Source of the DNA: an uncultured Candidatus Peribacteria bacterium | Lineage (GTDB): Bacteria > Patescibacteriota > Gracilibacteria > UBA1369 | DNA: 26,668 nt | Assembly (NCBI GenBank): GCA_964655905.1 | Contig: CAZZPB010000021.1 | Coordinates: 1-26,668 of the forward strand | Reading direction: 5' to 3' | Shown: positions 24,207 to 26,668 of the stretch, piece by piece | Position numbering within the stretch: position 1 is the first letter of the stretch | Layout: each line of letters starts with the position of its first letter | Made by a program: the position numbers and the translations under genes | Notes under the pieces: model-generated | Told to the model about the DNA's origin: nothing | Databases searched by the model: none | Seen by the model: only the letters and a program-made list of their open reading frames with translations

Positions 24207-24820
24207 TTTGATTTCAGTTTACTGGCAACCGTCTTGCATTGATCCCGCAGCTCAGCGGTTGAGGCCTTGTCACACCAGCTGATATTTTTTGTTGTAGAAA
24301 CTTTATTTGTAAGGATGGTAATTTCACATTCAGCCCTTTTGCCTTCAATTTTTATTTCTTTACAACGGCTTATATCACCGGTTTTTATAATTTGATCTCT
24401 TAACGTGCCGGCATTTTTACGTGCTTCTTCCTGTTTTTTACTATTTTCCTGCTCCTTCAATAAAACTTCAATACGAATCTTACAGGCTTTTTGCTGATCT
24501 GCACTTGATATTTTCGCGCAAACTCCCGCGTCAACTTTCACAATTGCTTCCTCAAGCTGCGACTGGTCATTAATGGCATCCTTGCAGGCTTTTTTATAAT
24601 TTTCATCACTGATTTTGTCGCAAAAACTTGGGTCTTTTAGTTGTTGAGCGCCGTCATAGGCCGCGCGGTCTGGGGCACTACTGCTTTGCGCGGACTGGGT
24701 TACATTTGTCGCCGCAGGTACTGGAGCCGTTTGACTGGAACTTTCCGAAGGCTTTTCCGTTTGGCATCCGGCTAAAAATAGCAGAGCCATAACCGGAAGG
24801 AGTATAAAAAGTTTTTTCAT
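24203..24820 (-). CDS. Lipoprotein with four paired-Cys helical repeats
   Basis: Lipobox LFLAGC, repeats FCDKI…ACK, VCAKI…ACK, RCKEI…ECE, WCDKA…QCK. Confidence 0.85.
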   Translation of the reverse strand: MKKLFILLPVMALLFLAGCQTEKPSESSSQTAPVPAATNVTQSAQSSSAPDRAAYDGAQQLKDPSFCDKISDENYKKACKDAINDQSQLEEAIVKVDAGVCAKISSADQQKACKIRIEVLLKEQENSKKQEEARKNAGTLRDQIIKTGDISRCKEIKIEGKRAECEITILTNKVSTTKNISWCDKASTAELRDQCKTVASKLKSN

Positions 24821-24925
24821 GTTGTATGAAAGTGAATAAATAAGTTGATAAACGTCTTTGGAAATATTGTAAGGAAAATCTTTCCAAAGCTCAAGCCAGA
24901 TTATCTGGTAAAGGTATTTATTGTT

Positions 24926-24957
24926 TTGCTTTACTTTAAAGATAATTGCTTTACTTT
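24926..24957 (+). promoter_or_regulatory. Probable autoregulatory operator of the AbrB/VapC pair
   Basis: ttgctttacttt repeated at 24926 and 24946 (20-bp phase), with an inverted gtaaag just upstream. Confidence 0.4.
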
Positions 24958-25010
24958 TTTCAATTTTTACCTTATTATCAGGGTATAGTAGCTTTTATTC
25001 TAACTTTATT

Positions 25011-25292
25011 ATGAGCGACATATCTAAATCTTCGCTTTCGGAAAAAGCCCAAACAACTGTTCCTGCTGAAATACGTAAAATGTTTAACGTCAGGGCTAAA
25101 GACCAGATTCTTTGGGTGCCGGTCGGTCCCGGCATGATCAGCCTTGTAGCTGTAAAAAAGTATAAAAAAGGGAGTTGGACAAAGAACATTTGCGGAAAAT
25201 ACTCAAATAATAAAGTTGATGCCGTTCAAAGTCTTTTGGATGACCGAAAGAAAGATCTTATTCTGGAAAAACGTGGATTTCTTAATAAATAA
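25011..25292 (+). CDS. AbrB/MazE/SpoVT-family antitoxin
   Basis: SSLSEKAQTTVPAEIRKMFNVRAKDQILW. Start reassigned to MSDI. Confidence 0.85.
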   Translation: MSDISKSSLSEKAQTTVPAEIRKMFNVRAKDQILWVPVGPGMISLVAVKKYKKGSWTKNICGKYSNNKVDAVQSLLDDRKKDLILEKRGFLNK

Positions 25293-25294
25293 AG

Positions 25295-25702
25295 GTGATT
25301 GACATTCTTGATGCTTCAGCCCTTCTGGCTTTTATAAAAAAAGAAAAGGGCTATCAAAAAGTGGAACAATTATTTCTTAATGCCGAATCAAGCGGCAAAA
25401 GTTTGTTCATGCATCAGGTAAATTTTATAGAATTTATTTATAAAGCACGGCAAATTTATAACATGGAAAAATTTAATGAGATTATTGCTGATTTGCAGAC
25501 TCCAATATTTGGCATTATGAATTACATGGAGGCCGATATTGGGTTTTATTGTGGCCATCTAAAGGCCGAGTATTATTTGTCGCTTGGAGATGCCATGGGC
25601 CTGGCGTACACAAAAATCATGGAAGGCAGATTTTGGTCAGCAGACAAGGCTCTATTGCCAATAGCCAATAAAGAAAAAATTGAACTTAATTTGTTCCGTT
25701 AA
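25295..25702 (+). CDS. PIN-domain toxin (VapC family)
   Basis: ILDASALLAF…E-KG, VNFIE, LSLGDAMGLA, WSADK. GTG start 2 nt after the antitoxin stop. Confidence 0.9.
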   Translation: MIDILDASALLAFIKKEKGYQKVEQLFLNAESSGKSLFMHQVNFIEFIYKARQIYNMEKFNEIIADLQTPIFGIMNYMEADIGFYCGHLKAEYYLSLGDAMGLAYTKIMEGRFWSADKALLPIANKEKIELNLFR

Positions 25703-25723
25703 ATTCATGTTTAGCATTGCAGA

Positions 25724-25788
25724 GATTTCTAGGACTCGTTGCACTCGCTCGAAATGACAGTGATGGGTTGCATTCGCTCGAAATGACA
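25724..25788 (-). repeat. TGTCAT-type REP with a duplicated half
   Basis: gttgca(c/t)tcgctcgaaatgaca at 25738-25759 and 25767-25788, with gatttct at 25724 pairing with the first copy. Confidence 0.8.
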
Positions 25789-25795
25789 ATCGTCA

Positions 25796-26404
25796 TCATA
25801 AACCAAGCTGCCTGCGAATGGCTTCCGCTTTGGCTTCATCTTCACTCTTTTTTCCTGTCTGCTTCTGTTTGAGTTCAATGTCCATCCAGTCGGAGTAGTG
25901 TTGCGCTTCGAGTTTTTTGAGCTGCTCCACGTGTTTTGCCGGAAGTTCAGCAAACTTTTTCCGTTCTTCTTCAAAAATACGTACAAGCTCATCAACCTGG
26001 CTTTGTTTAAGTTTTGGAATGGATTCGACGATGCGGACCTTTTCATCTCTTGTAAGGGAAATTGACCCCGCCAGTAAATGAAGAAAATACTGTTCGTCAA
26101 ATTGCAACTGGTGTGCCGGAATTTTTACTGAAATGACTGTTGGAAGTTTTGAACCTATCTGAAAATTGGCGGGCGTTGTATCCTCTTTTTGAGGAGGAGG
26201 TGGCGGAAAACCGGCGGCGCCCGGAAAATCACCGGCTGCGTAACCTGACGACGGCGGAAAAGCTCCGCCAAGCGGAAAGCCGCCAGATTGTTGCGATTGT
26301 GAATTGCCCGGAGGGAAACCCTGACCGCCTTGATTGCCCTGACCGCCTGGAGGATTCTTTCCGGGTGGATTTATAGGATTTTGAAAATTTTGCTGATCGG
26401 CCAT
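25796..26404 (-). CDS. Hypothetical protein: G/P/Q-rich disordered N-terminus plus a helical C-terminal domain
   Basis: 202-aa ORF with a low-complexity first ~80 aa, then FDEQYFLHLLAGSISLTRDEK…FEEER. Confidence 0.8.
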   Translation of the reverse strand: MADQQNFQNPINPPGKNPPGGQGNQGGQGFPPGNSQSQQSGGFPLGGAFPPSSGYAAGDFPGAAGFPPPPPQKEDTTPANFQIGSKLPTVISVKIPAHQLQFDEQYFLHLLAGSISLTRDEKVRIVESIPKLKQSQVDELVRIFEEERKKFAELPAKHVEQLKKLEAQHYSDWMDIELKQKQTGKKSEDEAKAEAIRRQLGL

Positions 26405-26498
26405 GTTATTTTAAGTTAAAAGTCGATTGATTTTAGCACGTTTGATACTACAATGCTATAATGTTTTGGCAAAATATATTTTTATTTTGAAGAAACGC

Positions 26499-26575
26499 GG
26501 AGTTATAGCTCAGTTGGTTAGAGCGCAACATTGACATTGTTGAGGTCGGAGGTTCGAGCCCTCCTAACTCCACCA
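26499..26575 (+). tRNA. tRNA-Val (GAC)
   Basis: Acceptor ggagtta/taactcc + ACCA, anticodon arm caaca-ttGACat-tgttg, GGTTCGAG T-arm, upstream TGcTATAAT at 26454-26462. Confidence 0.97.
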
Positions 26576-26641
26576 AAAAAAAATTGGGTCGATATGTTGT
26601 GCTCTAACGCGAGCGCACGGCGCGAACGCGAAACAAGTGAA

Positions 26642-26663
26642 GAATCCCCGCTTAGCGGGGTTC
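26642..26663. repeat. REP-like hairpin at the window end
   Basis: gaatccccgc-tta-gcggggttc, same core as 21762-21776. Confidence 0.7.
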
Positions 26664-26668
26664 TGAAC

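Overview
A 26.7 kb AT-rich bacterial window read in genetic code 11, with leaders lacking Shine-Dalgarno sites. The gene content and REP-like palindromes suggest Patescibacteria (CPR), probably Peregrinibacteria-like (inference). Housekeeping genes: a suf operon (sufB end, sufD, sufS, sufU, sufT), thyA-folA, trxB, NUDIX, Mrp, yceD-rpmF-nusB-rnc, yccA, alr, tRNA-Leu(CAG) and tRNA-Val(GAC). Accessory genes: AbiEi/AbiEii, AbrB/VapC, a Fic protein, an FtsA-like/baseplate-J-like pair and several secreted or repeat proteins. The most notable unannotated signals are: (1) a 54-aa, 12-Cys metallothionein-like ORF (928-1092) between sufD and sufS, missed by the ORF track; (2) a family of ~150-180 bp three-hairpin elements with sequence-variable but still-paired stems, inserted at suf gene junctions between long direct duplications of gene ends, plus two apparently deleted derivatives; (3) two diverged copies of a ~155-175 nt minus-strand structured RNA candidate, each with a conserved promoter-like region and U-tract (5507-5724, 22973-23172); (4) nested palindromes translated in frame inside RNase III.
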